A DNA stretch of 64,000 nt from assembly GCF_025526975.1 (NCBI RefSeq), contig NW_026515697.1, positions 248,001 to 312,000 on the forward strand. The letters run 5' to 3'. The notes beneath the pieces are model-generated. The model worked only from the letters and a program-made list of their open reading frames with translations. It made no database searches and was not told where the DNA came from. The translations under genes were made by a program, and so were the position numbers. This document shows, in pieces, positions 13,186 through 32,592 of this stretch (positions within the stretch are counted from its first letter, which is position 1; every line of letters starts with the position of its first letter). The stretch is from Fimicolochytrium jonesii. Its lineage: Eukaryota.

Positions 13186-14162
13186 TAGAACCCATGTAAG
13201 CCTACTTACCAAAGGGCATATAAGTCTATGGATGGCCATAGAGATGACAACGGCAGGGTAGCAACGAATTTTATTATGCCACTATCTGTACAAACGCCTG
13301 CTCGCCTGCTCGCCTACTCCGCTAAGATCTGCGATGCCTCTGTCCTCTAAAACTACATATATCCCTTCAAGTCGAAGCGGGTGTGACAGCTGTTCGATGT
13401 TCCACGTCCCAATGCTCCTCCGGTGAACACAAACGCATCCGCCGGGCCCCGTGCACGGGTGTGGTCTGGCAGTACCGCCATGAGCGATAGGCTACGGAAG
13501 GCGGATCAGGGCCTGTACAGCGAAGCATTGCTAGTTGAGGCTGGGGTCGGGATGAAGGCTGGCGTCGAGCTGGGGCCCGCGGCTGGGGCGGCGGCGGCCG
13601 AAGTCGAAGACGATCGTGGCGGGATCCACTGCAGTCTGGGGCCGAAGGTTGAGCCGGATGGGACTGGAGCGGTGGATGCCGATGGGCGCTTTTTGACGTC
13701 CTGTAAGCCGATCGTTTGCTCGTTGCGTCGAGCCAGCCCAGCATTTATCTCCTCCAACGAGAGAGGATCCCTGGTTCGCTGATTCAATCTGGTACCCCTC
13801 ACGCGGTCGCGCAGACATCCACCCATGATCTGAGGTCACTGGGGTCCGAAATCCAGCTCTTTATGTGGACCCATAACCGCAGGAAACCGGCAATACCGAA
13901 CAGAACCCACTTAACGATCCTTGCGTGACAATGCGTGGTTGTCCAGTCGGGACTGATGAGGTCGGCGAGGGCTAGCCCAAGGCCCATGACCACCAAGATG
14001 AGTTTAATCCGGTTGAGTCGTTGTCTAGACTTGTTCGCTACGCCCGACAGTCCGTGCTCTTCCGGCTGCGTTTATGCCCGGTGTGGGTGAGGGGCGGTAT
14101 ACGTCGGATATCAAATTCCGCCTGCGTTTAGAATTCGACAGCGCGTCTTCAGCGGCGTCAAT

Positions 14163-14648
14163 TCAAGGGCCTTCGTTGCGTTCATAAACCACGCTTGACG
14201 CGGGCCCTCTTTCCACCAAAGTTGTATGCTCCGTCGCAGATAGTCGATAGATCCCAAGCAATACCTTCCAAACCCTCCCACAAAGTGAACAATCAAGCAC
14301 GGAGTTTGGCGCATCACTCGGCAGACCGTCAGAGAGGCTTAGGCGGCGGAGTTCACGGAGGTTGTCACGGAGGTCTGCGTCTGTTGTGTTGCGGGTTGAG
14401 AGGAGGTGTTCGTATATTGCGCGGGTGGAGTGGCCATGTAAGGAGGAGGTGGTGGTCGTGGGAGTGGGGGTGTGGTGGTGGTGAGGGGTGCTTGAGCGGC
14501 CTTCGCGGGAGGATGGGGTTGTGGTGGAGGGACGGCCGGTGGGTGTGCGGCTGGGGGAGGTTACTGTGGTTCCGAAGGCCTAGGGTTGTTGTCGTGGTGG
14601 TTGTTGGGGTGGTTGGGTCTTGAGGATAGACGGGTGGAGGTGTTCCAT
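14163..14648 (-). pseudogene. Truncated Bub2/Cdc16-like TBC GAP pseudogene (N-terminal part only)
   Basis: One frame reads MEHLHPS...QQP*AFG...DNLRELRRLSLSDGLPSD...SLCGRVWKVLLGIYRLSATEHTTLVERGPASSVVYERNEGP*. This matches the Bub2 pattern LxxLRxLxLxxGLP..RxxVWxxLL..LVxxGP. It has an internal TAG (14580-14582) and ends just before the expected KIxNDxFRT motif. Confidence 0.62.
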
Positions 14649-15329
14649 GCTGATTTGCGCTGTGGGGAGGAAGTTTGCGACATCATCCCGGCGTCCCTTT
14701 GCATGCACCTTATACTGTCCGTTCCCAAGGGAACTGGATATGGCACTCCTGTTGTCGTTCTGTGTTCGCAAGGATCTCTGTCTTTTCGCAGCGCTCAGCA
14801 CTGTAGCAGCGGGCATGCAATCGCTCGCTGTTGTTTACGAATGCGACCGTATATGATTCAGTACTACGAGACAGAAACGGACAGCGAAGAATACAATTCG
14901 ACAAAAGGAAACGTCACTGCGATGCGTTCGGAGTCTTCGGACGGGCCCCTCTGCAAGCACAAGTGACGATGCTTGCACACATTCTGTTGTTCGACTATGC
15001 TCTGCATCATGGCTTCACGGCGTCCCACTACATATGCATATACGTAGTGAGCATGAGACATAGGTTTCCGCCCTAGGTATGTATCTCACTACGACTCTAA
15101 CCCTAACTCGGCCGAACGCGTCTCAGGAAGTCGGCGGAATGTTCCGAAGATGGCTGTTTGATTAGAAATGCGGCGTGCGGCTGGTTATATAACTTATAGG
15201 AGGGAGTACCCTCGCGGTCATTGTCTTATCAACTGCATCAAGGAAATTGAACTCTCCGCCGGTCGGGAACTGCGATAAAAGGTTCAGCGTTCGCAATCGC
15301 ATCCTTAACAACTTCGGCCGTCCGCAACC

Positions 15330-20966
<5,637 letters not shown>

Positions 20967-21302
20967 AACCAGACCAGCACAGACAGACACATGAGGTTAT
21001 ATTTGACCTTCGTATAGATGCGACTTACGGTCTTTATCTATGTTAGCCCGCCCGTCATGTGCTTCTTCGTTTCGTTTACAACTATGTTTAATTTGATGAT
21101 ATGTTAGAGATTTTACCCACTTGAATATATCTTGACGGTCGCTTCCTGCAAATACTATGTACTGTATTACGTGTCAGCGGGATGAGGAATGCATATACGC
21201 ACGTAGCCTTATCACTTGCGTTAGCGGGTGGACGGGGAGCGAAGGTCATCCACAAAATACATTTATGTATGATGGTGCCGAAAAAAAATGGAAAAAGAAA
21301 TG

Positions 21303-21374
21303 CTCCCAGTCCGGGAATCGAACCCGGCTCTTCCGCGTGACAGGCGGAGATACTAGCCAATATACTAACTGGGA
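21303..21374 (-). tRNA. tRNA-Asp (GTC), intronless
   Basis: Reverse complement TCCCAGTTAGTATATTGGCTAGTATCTCCGCCTGTCACGCGGAAGAGCCGGGTTCGATTCCCGGACTGGGAG has a 7-bp acceptor stem, anticodon arm with GTC and a TTCGA T-loop. A T-run Pol III terminator follows. Confidence 0.97.
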
Positions 21375-21542
21375 CTTGATGAAAGACTCTGTTCAGCAAC
21401 TAGTATAATTACAAGCTAATGAGTCCGTCAGGCCTCGCGTTTTCAATTGCGTTGGGCCTTTTCGCTGGCACGTTGCAGACGTTGCTCCTCCGCGATCTTC
21501 CCTCAAAATCTGTAGTCTTCAGCTGTTCCTATATCACTACCA

Positions 21543-22267
21543 ATGTCAGCCACCACAGCAACCAAGTCCGAAGTCCTGAGCGTCTTCCGGGGCATGCTGC
21601 GGGAAGTCTCCAAGCAGGTACCACCTTCTTTCCCCTCTCTGGCCAAAGTCCTCTGCACCCTTCGTTAGCTGGTCCGTTAACACCCTTCCTCATTCTCAGT
21701 ACACCCGGCGCAACAACAACAAACTCTGGCATAACGAAGTGGTCACAAAGTTCCGGGCCGGTGCCGCGGAAAGGGATCCGAGCGTTGTGGCAACGAATGT
21801 GGGGCATGCGAAGAACGTGTATGCTTTTATGAGGAGTAATAGGTCGCATAGGGTACGTGGAGGGAGAGTGGGCTATGTTTGATCGGAGCAGCGAGCCATA
21901 CGTTGGGAAGGGGATTGAGAGACAGCCATTGGGGAGAGCGGCAAAGCTATCCCTCTGTTTCTCAGGAGGGAAGAACATGAGGGGACAGCTCGCTGGGATC
22001 ACGCAGCCTGGCACACTCAACTGGAATTAACCGCATACTTTCAAATAGGAAATGGTGGAACGCTACTGGCCAATATCCGGCCTGACCGAGGAAGAGAAAC
22101 TCACACGGACAGCCAACACCGTCGGGCTGTCGCTACCGAAGATGTTTGGGGCTGGAGAGACTTGGGCGGATTCAGGTGCTGCCGGTGGTGAGAAGGCGGC
22201 TGTGGAGCCGGAACTGGCCCCAGAGGTAAAGGAAGCGTTGGATATCGTCAAGAATGCGCCGTCGTAG
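21543..22267 (+). CDS. FMC1: Fmc1-like mitochondrial ATP synthase assembly factor (LYR-like), 3 exons
   Basis: MSATTATKSEVLSVFRGMLREVSKQ|..FMRSNRSHR|EMVERYWPISGLTEEEKLTRTANTVGLSLP. The ERY..EE..TA..VGLxLP C-terminal motif is that of FMC1. Confidence 0.75.
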
Positions 22268-22580
22268 TGGTAGCAACAGGAGACTATATATCGTAGTAGT
22301 GTTGCGGACGGAATGCAGCGGCAGAACGTTGAAATAGATAGATTGTTGAGGAAATACAGAAGCGGGGTCACTATGTATGGTCATGCATACATCCTTTTTG
22401 GAATCACACAATACTGGAAATGCTTGATTCTTCATGCATACATATAGGATAGGTATATTGACAAATTCGGCAACCACTAAATACATGCATGTACGTGCGT
22501 AGAAGCCGGGACTGCGCTGCGAGGTCAACGAGTGCGGCCTTCCAAAGCCCGCGACGCTAAAGTTCGTAGCGATACAGGGT

Positions 22581-25399
22581 TCAATCGTCATCACGACGAC
22601 GTCGCCCTCCCGCCTTTGCGGCGCTGCGTGGCTTTCCACGGACTCTACGTCTGCGCTTCTTCCCGAAACTGTAGAGCACAAAGACAAGGTCAGTCAACTC
22701 GCGTTGGACAAGTAGCGTTAGCGGAGTGTAACGTACGTTGAAGCGGCAGATAATGTCCTTCCAATGTTGTCGGGCTTCTTGACTTGATAGATGCGAACGA
22801 TCCAGTTCTCAGTAGTGTAAACTGCGAAAAGAGCGACTGGTTAGAAATATGATGAGACGTAACAATCCGAGCGAAAGTAATACTCACCTTCATCAACCGT
22901 CGTCAGCTTAATTGGCTTATTGGGAATCTGCGTCTGACGCACACTATCATACGCCGGTCCTCCACCAAACAGTTCATTGAACCGATAGTACGACATCTTG
23001 TACATCAGACTGTTCTTCATGGTAGGGGTAGCCTGATCATCAACTCTGTATTCACCGCGCGGGGTGAAGAAGTTCCTCTCGCTAATGTCCTTGGGGTAGA
23101 CACCCTCCCCGATACGGATCATCCACAGGAACTTGTTGATATCGTCCCCGGAGTATCCGATGGCGCCTCCGAAAATGACGAGGACGTAGTCAACGTCTAG
23201 CTTGCGCATCACGTCGTACGAGACGTCTTCGGAACACGACATGGCCTTCCCGACGGTGGCGATGTGGGTGTTGTTCCACGTGTTGTTGTCGACGAGGACT
23301 GTTCGATTCGACATTCCGGTGATCTGGTATCCGTAATCCCACCAGGACATGATCTTGGCCTTTTCGTCGGTGTTCTGACGAAGCCAGTAGTAGGCTTCAC
23401 GGAAGTCATCGATGATATGTTGCGATCCGTCGGGCCTTCGGGAGGCCAGAACGATGGAGGGGGACGAGTATGCGTTGGAAGTTACCCATGAGCAGTGAAG
23501 GGCGAACTGGATGAGAATGAACGTGATGGGAAGAACCAGGGCAAGCTTGGCATCCCATGTCCACACTCCCTGGACCGGGCCGCCCACATCCTTCTTCTTC
23601 CTTTCAGAGGTCTTGACGGCCTTTCCCTCCTTTGTCTTCTTCTCACTAGGAGTAGCTGCCGCCGCCGAGTCAGTAACGGCAGCCGGGGTTTCGGTGTTGG
23701 ACAAGAAGGCTTCGAGACCGGTAGTGATGGCGATCGCTGAAGCGACACAGACAATGGGCGTCAGCGTGAGCATCAGACGGACCATGACACCAGCGAAGTA
23801 GGAGGCGGTTCCCGCGTAAAGTAGGACAAACACATGTTCGTCACGCAGTTCCTACGAGGAGAGTGTGGCATAAGCAAGAGTCGGATGAATGATGATGACA
23901 AAGGTCGTAGCTACCTGGAACAAGAAGTATATTCCTGCAGGGAACAGCACCATCAAAAGCTGCAAGTCAAAGAAAAATGACGTCCATGGGGTCGGCTGAT
24001 GTTCCGACACGGAGGCAATGATCGGAATGTGGATCTTTGCGTATCCCGTGTCCCAGAGAGAGTAGAAACGACCCGTCCAAGGAGCGATGTAGCCGCCTAC
24101 TGTCAGCGCAACCAGGCCACCGAGACCCAGAAGGAAGAAACCGGAAATCAGCCCGTAGAACAAGAGCTTGAACTGGTTTGCTGACAGATGGCTCTTGATG
24201 AACTCAATGAATGCGACAATTTGCAGCAAGCCGAAGATACCTACGCGCACATGTCACGTTAGTCATACATGATGCACCCGTGTCGCCCAAGTTAGATATT
24301 AACATACCGAGGGCCGCCATGTGCTCGCTTGTCCTCGTTGGCTGGAATCCCACGAATGGGATGAGCATAGACGAGATAGTTCCGATGATGTAAAACGTTG
24401 AGTACGACACGTAAAGACGCGGGGTGTACCGTCCCATCAGTATCAGGGCGAAAACGTGGAGTGGGATCAAGTTGGTAATGAAAACGTATCCTCCCCAAGC
24501 AGACACCATCCAAAAGTAGAAGATGGCGGTCATGGCGCCAAAGAAAGCGGATCCCAGCTTCACCGCCTTGATCCAGAGGTAGAAAGTGAACACCAACAAG
24601 AAGATGGCAATCCCTTCGTTATCGTAAGATCCCGCCACGGACCGCGAGATGTAACCGGGAGCAATGCCGATGAACGCAGCGGCCAACAGTCCCGCCGAGG
24701 TGTTCTTCATCTCACTCGTCAAGAGATATGCAGCGATCGCCGTGAACGAGGAGAAGAGAGGCGCCAAGAACACACAGACTTCTCGAATGTGGATCGGGAA
24801 GTTCAGCCCATTCAACGCTTTATGAATGAGTCCAGCGGTGACCATAATTCCTGGGTAAACAGTTCCGCCGACAACTCGCCCCAGTGGGTACCACGATAGC
24901 TCGTCAAACCTGGTGACCAATCGTCAGTCGTAAGCCCGAATGATATTCAGGTGCTGCACCGCATTTACCAATTGACAAAGTTGTAGTATCCATTTTCGAC
25001 CAATTCAATGGTTGTGCGGTAGTTGAACCTAGATCATCGACGACACCACCTTAGTTCCGGAATACTTCGGACGAAAAGTTTTTCCCAGACATCGATTTGC
25101 TCACCATGGGTCGAACTCGTGAATGACACTCTCTGTTTTCCGACAAAGCCAGTGGTCGTTCAGTACAGAACTGAAGAAGGAGACAACCAATAGCCTTCAG
25201 CGGTGAACGTACCAAATCTCAACACGGAGAACAACCGAGTGGAAATGGATAGCACACTGATTAGGAGAAGCACGGTAACCCGCAGCCAGGCGCTCTCTGG
25301 AAAGAAAGCAAACAGATATCATATCGTTATGTCAGTGCACCTACAGGGAGATCACCGCACGGAAGGACGCGTACCACTCGTATTCGTCAGGCCCAACAT
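22581..25399 (-). CDS. STT3: Oligosaccharyltransferase catalytic subunit Stt3, multi-exon
   Basis: [54 protein letters not shown] and [16 protein letters not shown] motifs. Confidence 0.97.
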
Positions 25400-25973
25400 G
25401 TCGAGAAGCGGCGGTATATAACCCCCGCTCAAGAGCTACGACGAAGGGAAGCTTGTCGAGTAGTTGGTATACTCAGACAGGTCGTCGTCACTGCCTGTGT
25501 GTCTGTGGGAACTGCTAGTCCGGCGTGTGATGGGAAGCAGTTGGGCTGCGGCGAGCTGGTTAGAGCGGGTTCCCATTGCAGGTGAGGGAAGTTTGCACAG
25601 CCACCCGCGTTTGGCTCGCATTCGCGCTCCCTTTGGAAACTTGAATTTGAAGGTCTCCCAAAACTGCTCCAGATCATCACCGTCGTGCGAACGTTCTTTC
25701 AACGGCGACTGGCACTAGAGTACACACACAGGCACCCAACTGGAAAGAGGTTTGTATTCCCTCGCCAATACAAAAACTCCTAGTTCTAATGTTTTTGAAA
25801 ATGTTGAACTTATACGCGCGGAACGCTAGTAGGACGACAGGCTGAAACCGTAGCCGCCCGCTCTTCGCAATCGTAGCAGCAGTCTCGGAGAGTTACAGGA
25901 GAGCGTGAGAGCTGGGAAATAGCGTAGGATAGAATCCATCGCTACCAAGTTCGTGGAAAGGGCTGCCGTGGGG

Positions 25974-27401
25974 ATGGAGCTTGACGATGTATTGACGAAC
26001 CAGCCAGTCGTCATTGACAATGTGGGCGAAGTTCCTGTGTATGAACGAATCAATCAATAGCACGACTGACTCCGATGGGCAATGTAGGGATCTGGAATCA
26101 TAAAAGCCGGGTTCGCTGGCGATGACCAGCCGAAAGCCTTCTTCCCATCGTTGTGAGTGCAGGTCGGACTTTGAAGTCGTCTAGTCCTTTGACGACTCAA
26201 CGCGTCGTGTTCCCAGCGTAGGCCGGCCGAAACATCTTCGAGTGATGGCCGGAGCAGTCGAAGGCGATACATTCATAGGAAAGAAGGCGCAAGAGCTTCG
26301 CGGTCTGCTGCGAATAAAGTACCCCATGGCACATGGGGTGGTGACGGATTGGGACGACATGGAACGGATATGGGGATTTGTTTACGAGGAGGAACTGCGG
26401 ATTCTAAGTGAGGAGGTGGGGACGGAGGGCTGAGAGGAGGCGGGGTTTACTGCTTGCCCTTGATCGTACAGACAGCTGACACTCTTGCATGCTGCAGCAC
26501 CCAGTCCTCCTCACAGAAGCCCCAATCAACCCCCGGTCAAATCGAGACACTGCCGCCCAAATCCTCTTCGAAACCTTCAACGTCCCCGCCCTTTACATGT
26601 CCATCCAAGCCGTACTCGCCCTTTACGCATCCGGACGAACCACCGGCGTTGTCCTGGATATCGGTGACGGAGTAACCCATGCCGTACCCGTATACGAAGG
26701 CTTCACCATGCCCCACGGCGTCCGTCGCATCGATCTCGCCGGCCGCGACGTAACAGAGCACCTATCCCTCCTCCTTCGCAAAAGCGGCCACCACTTCTCC
26801 ACCAGCGCCGAGAAAGAGATCGTCCGCGTTATCAAGGAAAAGACGTGCTATGTCGCGTTCAACCCGGTCAAGGAAGAAAAGGACTCGATCGGCAAACACG
26901 AGACATTCGTACTGCCTGACGGCCTCACCATCAAAATCGCACGGGAACGCTTCCGCGCACCTGAAATCCTGTTTCAGCCCGACCTCATTGGTCATGAATA
27001 CCCCGGAGTTCACCAACTCGTCGTGGACGCCATCAACAAAGCCGACATGGACCTGCGGAAATCGCTGTATGGTAATATCGTGCTGAGCGGCGGAGGGACA
27101 CTGACGAAAGGGTTTGGTGACCGGCTCCTATCCGAAGTCAAACGGCTGGCGTTGAAGGATTTGAAGATACGCATCCTTGCGCCGCCAGAACGGCGGTGGA
27201 GTACGTGGATTGGCGGGAGTATTCTGGCTGGGCTGAGTAAGTACACTTGAGATGAAGTGTGACAGCGAGCCGACAGCCCAAACGCATGCATCGACTGACT
27301 GGTCTCGGTTGTCCATTTTAGGTACGTTCAAGAAGATGTGGGTGAGCGCGGAAGAGTACCAAGACGACCCCGACATCATACATAAGAAGTTCATGAGCTG
27401 A
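25974..27401 (+). CDS. ARP1: Actin-related protein 1 (centractin, dynactin)
   Basis: [70 protein letters not shown] and [15 protein letters not shown] are Arp1-specific rather than actin. Confidence 0.93.
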
Positions 27402-27941
27402 GCGAGAGGGCTGAACACCGTCTTTCCCGAATACACCGAGGTTTCCGCCCCAACGTTTACGAGACGCAGGCGGGACACAATTGTAGGGCTTACGATGGGT
27501 CTTCCCCTCTGTGGCTGAACCATTACTGCGTACTGATGGGCTATTGCTGTACCTGGGTCTCTGTGTACATATGGTAGATACCTACATTTATTGATACGTA
27601 CTTATCTTATCCTTCGCTTCGTCTATGGCCTGTCGCAATTGTGGGTCTCCAACGAAAGGTCCTCCTGGATAAAAGAAATAGATACGCCACACAGTCCATT
27701 GTATTGCATGCAGCCCCGTAAAAACATGCGTCCACCGAGCGCGGTTATGCGATGGTCCAAAAAGGAAACAGTATATACAAATGAGATGCAGTTGGGGAAT
27801 GAAGGGCTGCTTTCAACGCATCCTCTGATTAAGTGGCCGGCTCTGACATAGATAGGATGAAGTCCACAACGAGTCCGTCCATAAGGAGTCCAAAATCATC
27901 CGATATAACATGATTCGTGAAGGATGGCAGAATGAAGTGGG

Positions 27942-30900
27942 TCATGGTAGCGGTGGCTTGGCCTGAGGCGTATCCACATGCTCCACATTTGGTTGTATTG
28001 GAGAATCTGTGATGTTATCGGCCGACGTGGCCTGAGTGCCCGGTTGCACTACAACGGTCGCAAGCTTCGCATCTGACTCCTTCGGCGAAACATTGGCGGG
28101 AAAGACAGCGACATGGCTCATGCTGTTCACAGCGCGCGACACCGCGGAGAGTTGGTCTGCGAACCCGGCAAGTCGTTCCCCAAGTCCCACTGCGCGAATC
28201 TGCGCATCGCGTACATTCGCGTGCATGTTTGCGATTTGCATTTTCGTGCGTTGGAGGAGGATTGTCCTGTGTTGGGATAAGGATTAGACTCCGGAAAGTC
28301 ACTGGGATGGCTGATGACGAACCAAGCTTACCTCTCCCGCTGATACTCCGTCTCATCAGCCTGACTCCAGGGATCCGACGCGTCTCCCGCTTGTCCCGGA
28401 TGCTCCCCCTTCCCCACTTGCAGCGTCTCAAGCGCGAGCATGGTTTTCTCCAATCGTACCTCAATAGATGCCATCTCTCTCACGTTGTGCAGGGTGATCG
28501 CAACACCAGCCGTCATCACAACCATGAGAAGGACCAAGAAAAAAAGTGGCGTCCATCCGTGTTTGTCGCTGTGAAGGTTTATACTCGGGATGTTGGAGAA
28601 TAGCTCTACTATTCGTGAGATCGTTCTTTGAAGTGCAGCAGTGAGTCGTTCGGATGCAGTCGGTGGGGGACCGTTCGACTTGGATGGTTGCGCGTCTTTA
28701 GGGGCGTCGGAAACCGGCGGGAGGTCTGCGGAAGACGGCGGCGCGGTTTTCGAGGGTTCTGAATTCCCGACCTTTCCTGTTTTCGAATCGCTCGAGGCTG
28801 GAATTACGTTTGTTTTCCCGATCTGGCGGAGCCTGGTGAGCAGTTCGGCGTTGAACGCTTTCACGCCATCCACAGTGGCGTTTTCGATTTGTGCTACAGC
28901 AGGATTAATGTCCATCATTAGTCAACAGTGCATAGAGCCAGCTTCCTGTAATCGAGCGACCTACATTTCCACATCAACCGCTTGGCAAAGTCCACCTTTG
29001 TTGTCACAAACAACCGCGACCGCTCTCTCCCGGCGTGCGTAAGACACCACCGGTTGACGTTCGTGAAATACTCTCCATAGGGAGCTTTTGGTGTACGGAC
29101 AGCTGTCTCCACTATGTACGCGTTGAGGGGGTCGTACCGCATGACTGTTTGCTTCTCCGAAGCCCCCGTCGTCTGCTTCGCCACTATCAAGCGAAATGTC
29201 AGCTTTTGCGTTCCACTGCGAAACTGAAGATGAAACTGAGAACATACTCATTGGTGGTTTGAAGGACACGAGATAAGTAAGATCGCGCGTTTTCGGTTGT
29301 TTGTTATCGTCGAGAGCCCAAGGACCGAACATCACATCTTCGATCAGGAAAGCCAATTGTTGGTCAGGTCAAGCCTAAGCACCACGCTAAGTCATGAAAA
29401 TTTGCTTCTAAGCTAAGGGACTCACCGACGGTCTCCCGGCTCGCATGTGCTTGCCTCACTAACTCGCTTCCATCCCCGCCAAACAAAACATCAAAGAGCT
29501 TCTCAACATTGAGGTCTAGGGTGGCGTCCATTGTTTGGAAGTCAAAGTGTTGGATGCAATTGCAGCTCACAGGGACATTTGATCGGGCCGAAACGGACTC
29601 CTGAATGCTGGGGGTTGATGCGACTCCCTTGCTGTCCGTTCTCTTAGGCTGCGCCACCGAGGGGATGTGTTGCGTTTGAACTTTTGGCGTCTGAGGGCGG
29701 GAAACGACCGTTGTCGATTCTCGCGGAGTCCCCGTAGCCGGGATCGCAACTGTGGCGGCTCGACTCAGAGTGCTACTGATTGTCGAACCGTTTGCTGGGT
29801 CGGAAGGCGAAGCGGCCCCTGGCGTGGTTGCCATATTTGGATCCGAGCATTTTGAGGGTAATATCTTTCTGATCATGCCATGGGCAATCGTGCGTGCACG
29901 ATGGTTCCTGTTTTTGATCCCGTGTCCGGAGATTGGTGATGCCGGTAACTCTTCGCCTAAAGCAGTCAAATCTGATTCACTATTCGACGGTCGAAAGACT
30001 TGACTGGGGCTAGATATTATTTGTGTGAGTTATCTCCCTCTTTGTGGAAAAGCACATTCAACGGCTCTACCTACCCAGCGAGAGTTGGCCCAACCGTCAA
30101 CTTCTCCGCAACTTCTGAAGGTGCAACGTCGGGCTCTGCTGGGGATGCCGGTAGGGACATATCATGCGAATCTTCGGAGGGTATCCAATATCCATCGCCT
30201 GAATCTTCGGTCGCCGCTGTATCGTGAGCTGCGTCTTCAAAGAACTCGATGTTTGCTGTCTTCGAACCCCGAGGTATCTCGCCCGAGGAAGCTGCGCTCT
30301 CATTCAAATCTGATCTCACGGACGTTGCTGCTGCCAATTCCTATAAAAGAGATTCCAAAAGTCAATGTCCATGCTCACGGCGGCATTTGCACCTTCAAAA
30401 CGCACTTCTGACTGGGCTACCTCCCAGAAATCCATAATCTCGTCGTATGCAGATTCTCGTTTCAAGAAGGAGCCGAAAACAAACTAGGTCCCAAAAATGT
30501 CAATGTTTGCCGACGTCAAAGGCATCCACTATCATTGGTCATTCCGAACATCACACACCTTCTGATCAGGTTCAGCTGTCAGACGTATTGCGTTCGGAAA
30601 CATCCCAGCCGTGTTCTTCCTCTCCAACCCTGTCAGAGCGCTGTAAGCCACGACAGCTTTTGCGCTCCTCCCAAAGTGTTTTCCATAGAAGCACAAGTGG
30701 GCGTTGGTCAGATATAACTTTCCGTGCCATAATCCATCTCTTTCGAGCGCACACGCGTAGGCTGCGAATGGACAAAAGCAATTGGCAGATAAGGACATGG
30801 CTTTAAGAAAGATCAGCAGTGTTGAATACTTACTGTTTATCAGCGTTTCGCCACTCGATGATAACTCTGGGAAGGTTTTGACAAAGCGTTTAATATCCTT

Positions 30901-31585
30901 AGTGGACGTTGTGCTCGGATTCCCGCGGGCTCTGGACCTGGAGTCCCTACTTTCTCCCTAGAATGAGGGAGTCAGTGTGGTTGCACGACGGACTAAGCCA
31001 TACATAGGAAAGGAGCAGTTGACTTACAGAGTGGCTCGCGACCGAAAGGCGGGGGAATGTCGATACCGTCGGGCCTGCAGTCGATGCTCGTTGCTTGTTG
31101 TTGCTGCGAGGCCACGAGCGAGCGTTGGCGTTCTCAGCGTCGTCGCCGTACTTGTCCAGCAGCTGTCCCACAGCGCTCAGGGACGTCGTTGTTGCTGTTG
31201 TAGTCACGTTTTCGACAACCCCTGAGGCGGCAGTGACGTCCGTCGCCGACGAGGGGCTGCTGCCAGCGACCTGTAGGTCATTCCCATGCCCATCGTGACC
31301 ATGTCCATGTCCTCCGTGAGAGAAAGACGCGCGCACTGGGCTGACCACCGTATCTTTGAAGTTGTGCGCAACTTCCTTCAACCCGTACTGCACGGCATGC
31401 GCCGTCGCCTTCAGCCCCACTCTCAGCGCCCCGTCGCTGCGGTTCTTGCGCATCCCGCGGTGACTGCTGCTGCTGCTGCTTCTGCCCTCGACGAAGGAGA
31501 GGTGATGGTGCCCTTTGTCGAGCAGATACGGATGGATCTTATCGTCTGGGTGGTCAAGCATTGATTTGACTGATGCGCCTTCCAT
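27942..31585 (-). CDS. LAM/Aster-type sterol transfer protein (GRAM + VASt + C-terminal TM), multi-exon
   Basis: GRAM: YACALERDGLWHGKLYLTNAHLCFY..LERKNTAGMFPNAIRL. VASt: NVEKLFDVLFG..TPKAPYGEYFTNVNRWCLT..IENAT. TM: LFFLVLLMVVMTAGVAITL. Confidence 0.85.
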
Positions 31586-32592
31586 TTTTGCAGGTGAAAG
31601 ATGGGCAACGGTTTAAGACGGAGCGATGAAGGCGTTTTCTCTACGGGCTCTGCGCGTCAGCGTCTGCTGCTCTTAAACTTCTTGTACCTCCGAAGTGAGC
31701 AGGCGGAATGTGGTAGGTCTTCCGGGCGGCGGCATGCTCAAATAAGGTTGGCCTAAACTGTCGGCTCCACGGTCTGCTCCACGGTCTCAGCTCTCAACCA
31801 GTCGATTGTACCGACGATACGTACGTAACAGTCCTCGCTGTTTCGTGCATAAGCGGCTCTCCACTCCGTCTTTCCCCACATCGTCGTTATGTTTTCAGGA
31901 ACGGAAGTGGAGGTTTTTTTACTCGGAGTTGCGAAAAGCCACGCAACAGCACGCATATTGCACGCGTCCGGTTACCTAACCCGTCAGGGTAAAATTAGGA
32001 CGCGTTAGGGTAAACGACGCCCATCGCGCGTGATTCGGCTTTTCGGAGACTCAGAAGGTCGTCCCTCGGCAACACACCGTTCCGTGGAGAGCAAGTAGAG
32101 AGCTGTCAGAGTACAGTACGTCTGTAGTTATGAATGCAGTGCGATGGTTGAGCGACTGTATCTCACGGTTGGGGGTTGGGGGATACAGCTCTCGTCCATT
32201 CCACCCCGCTACATCAACCGATGGGTTTTGCAACTCGTGCCCATAAAGGCACGGGCGAAACATGTGTCGTTCGAAGTGGCCGACAAAAACAGGGTGAAAC
32301 AAGTTTGGATAATCCCCAGATAGACATCAAACTGACTGCTTATGGCGCATCTTCACCCTCATGCTAAGCTTCTGGAAAGCCCTTTGCATTATGACGACGC
32401 TAGTAGAGGGCGTTGAGGGAAGTTGAAACGAACACTAATGCACTCGGACTGGAATACTGAGAGCTCCCAAATATGTAACTAACTGCAATCACTCCTGCTT
32501 GAACCTGAGATCCATCTTTTTGCCCTGACAGCGCAGAGACGGCCGAATGCGAGTTTTCTTGAAAAAGCCGACGAGGGAAATGATCTTCCCGC

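Noticed and set aside
13367..14060. Overlapping short ORFs on both strands
   Set aside because: Low-complexity, no coherent splice model or recognisable domain.
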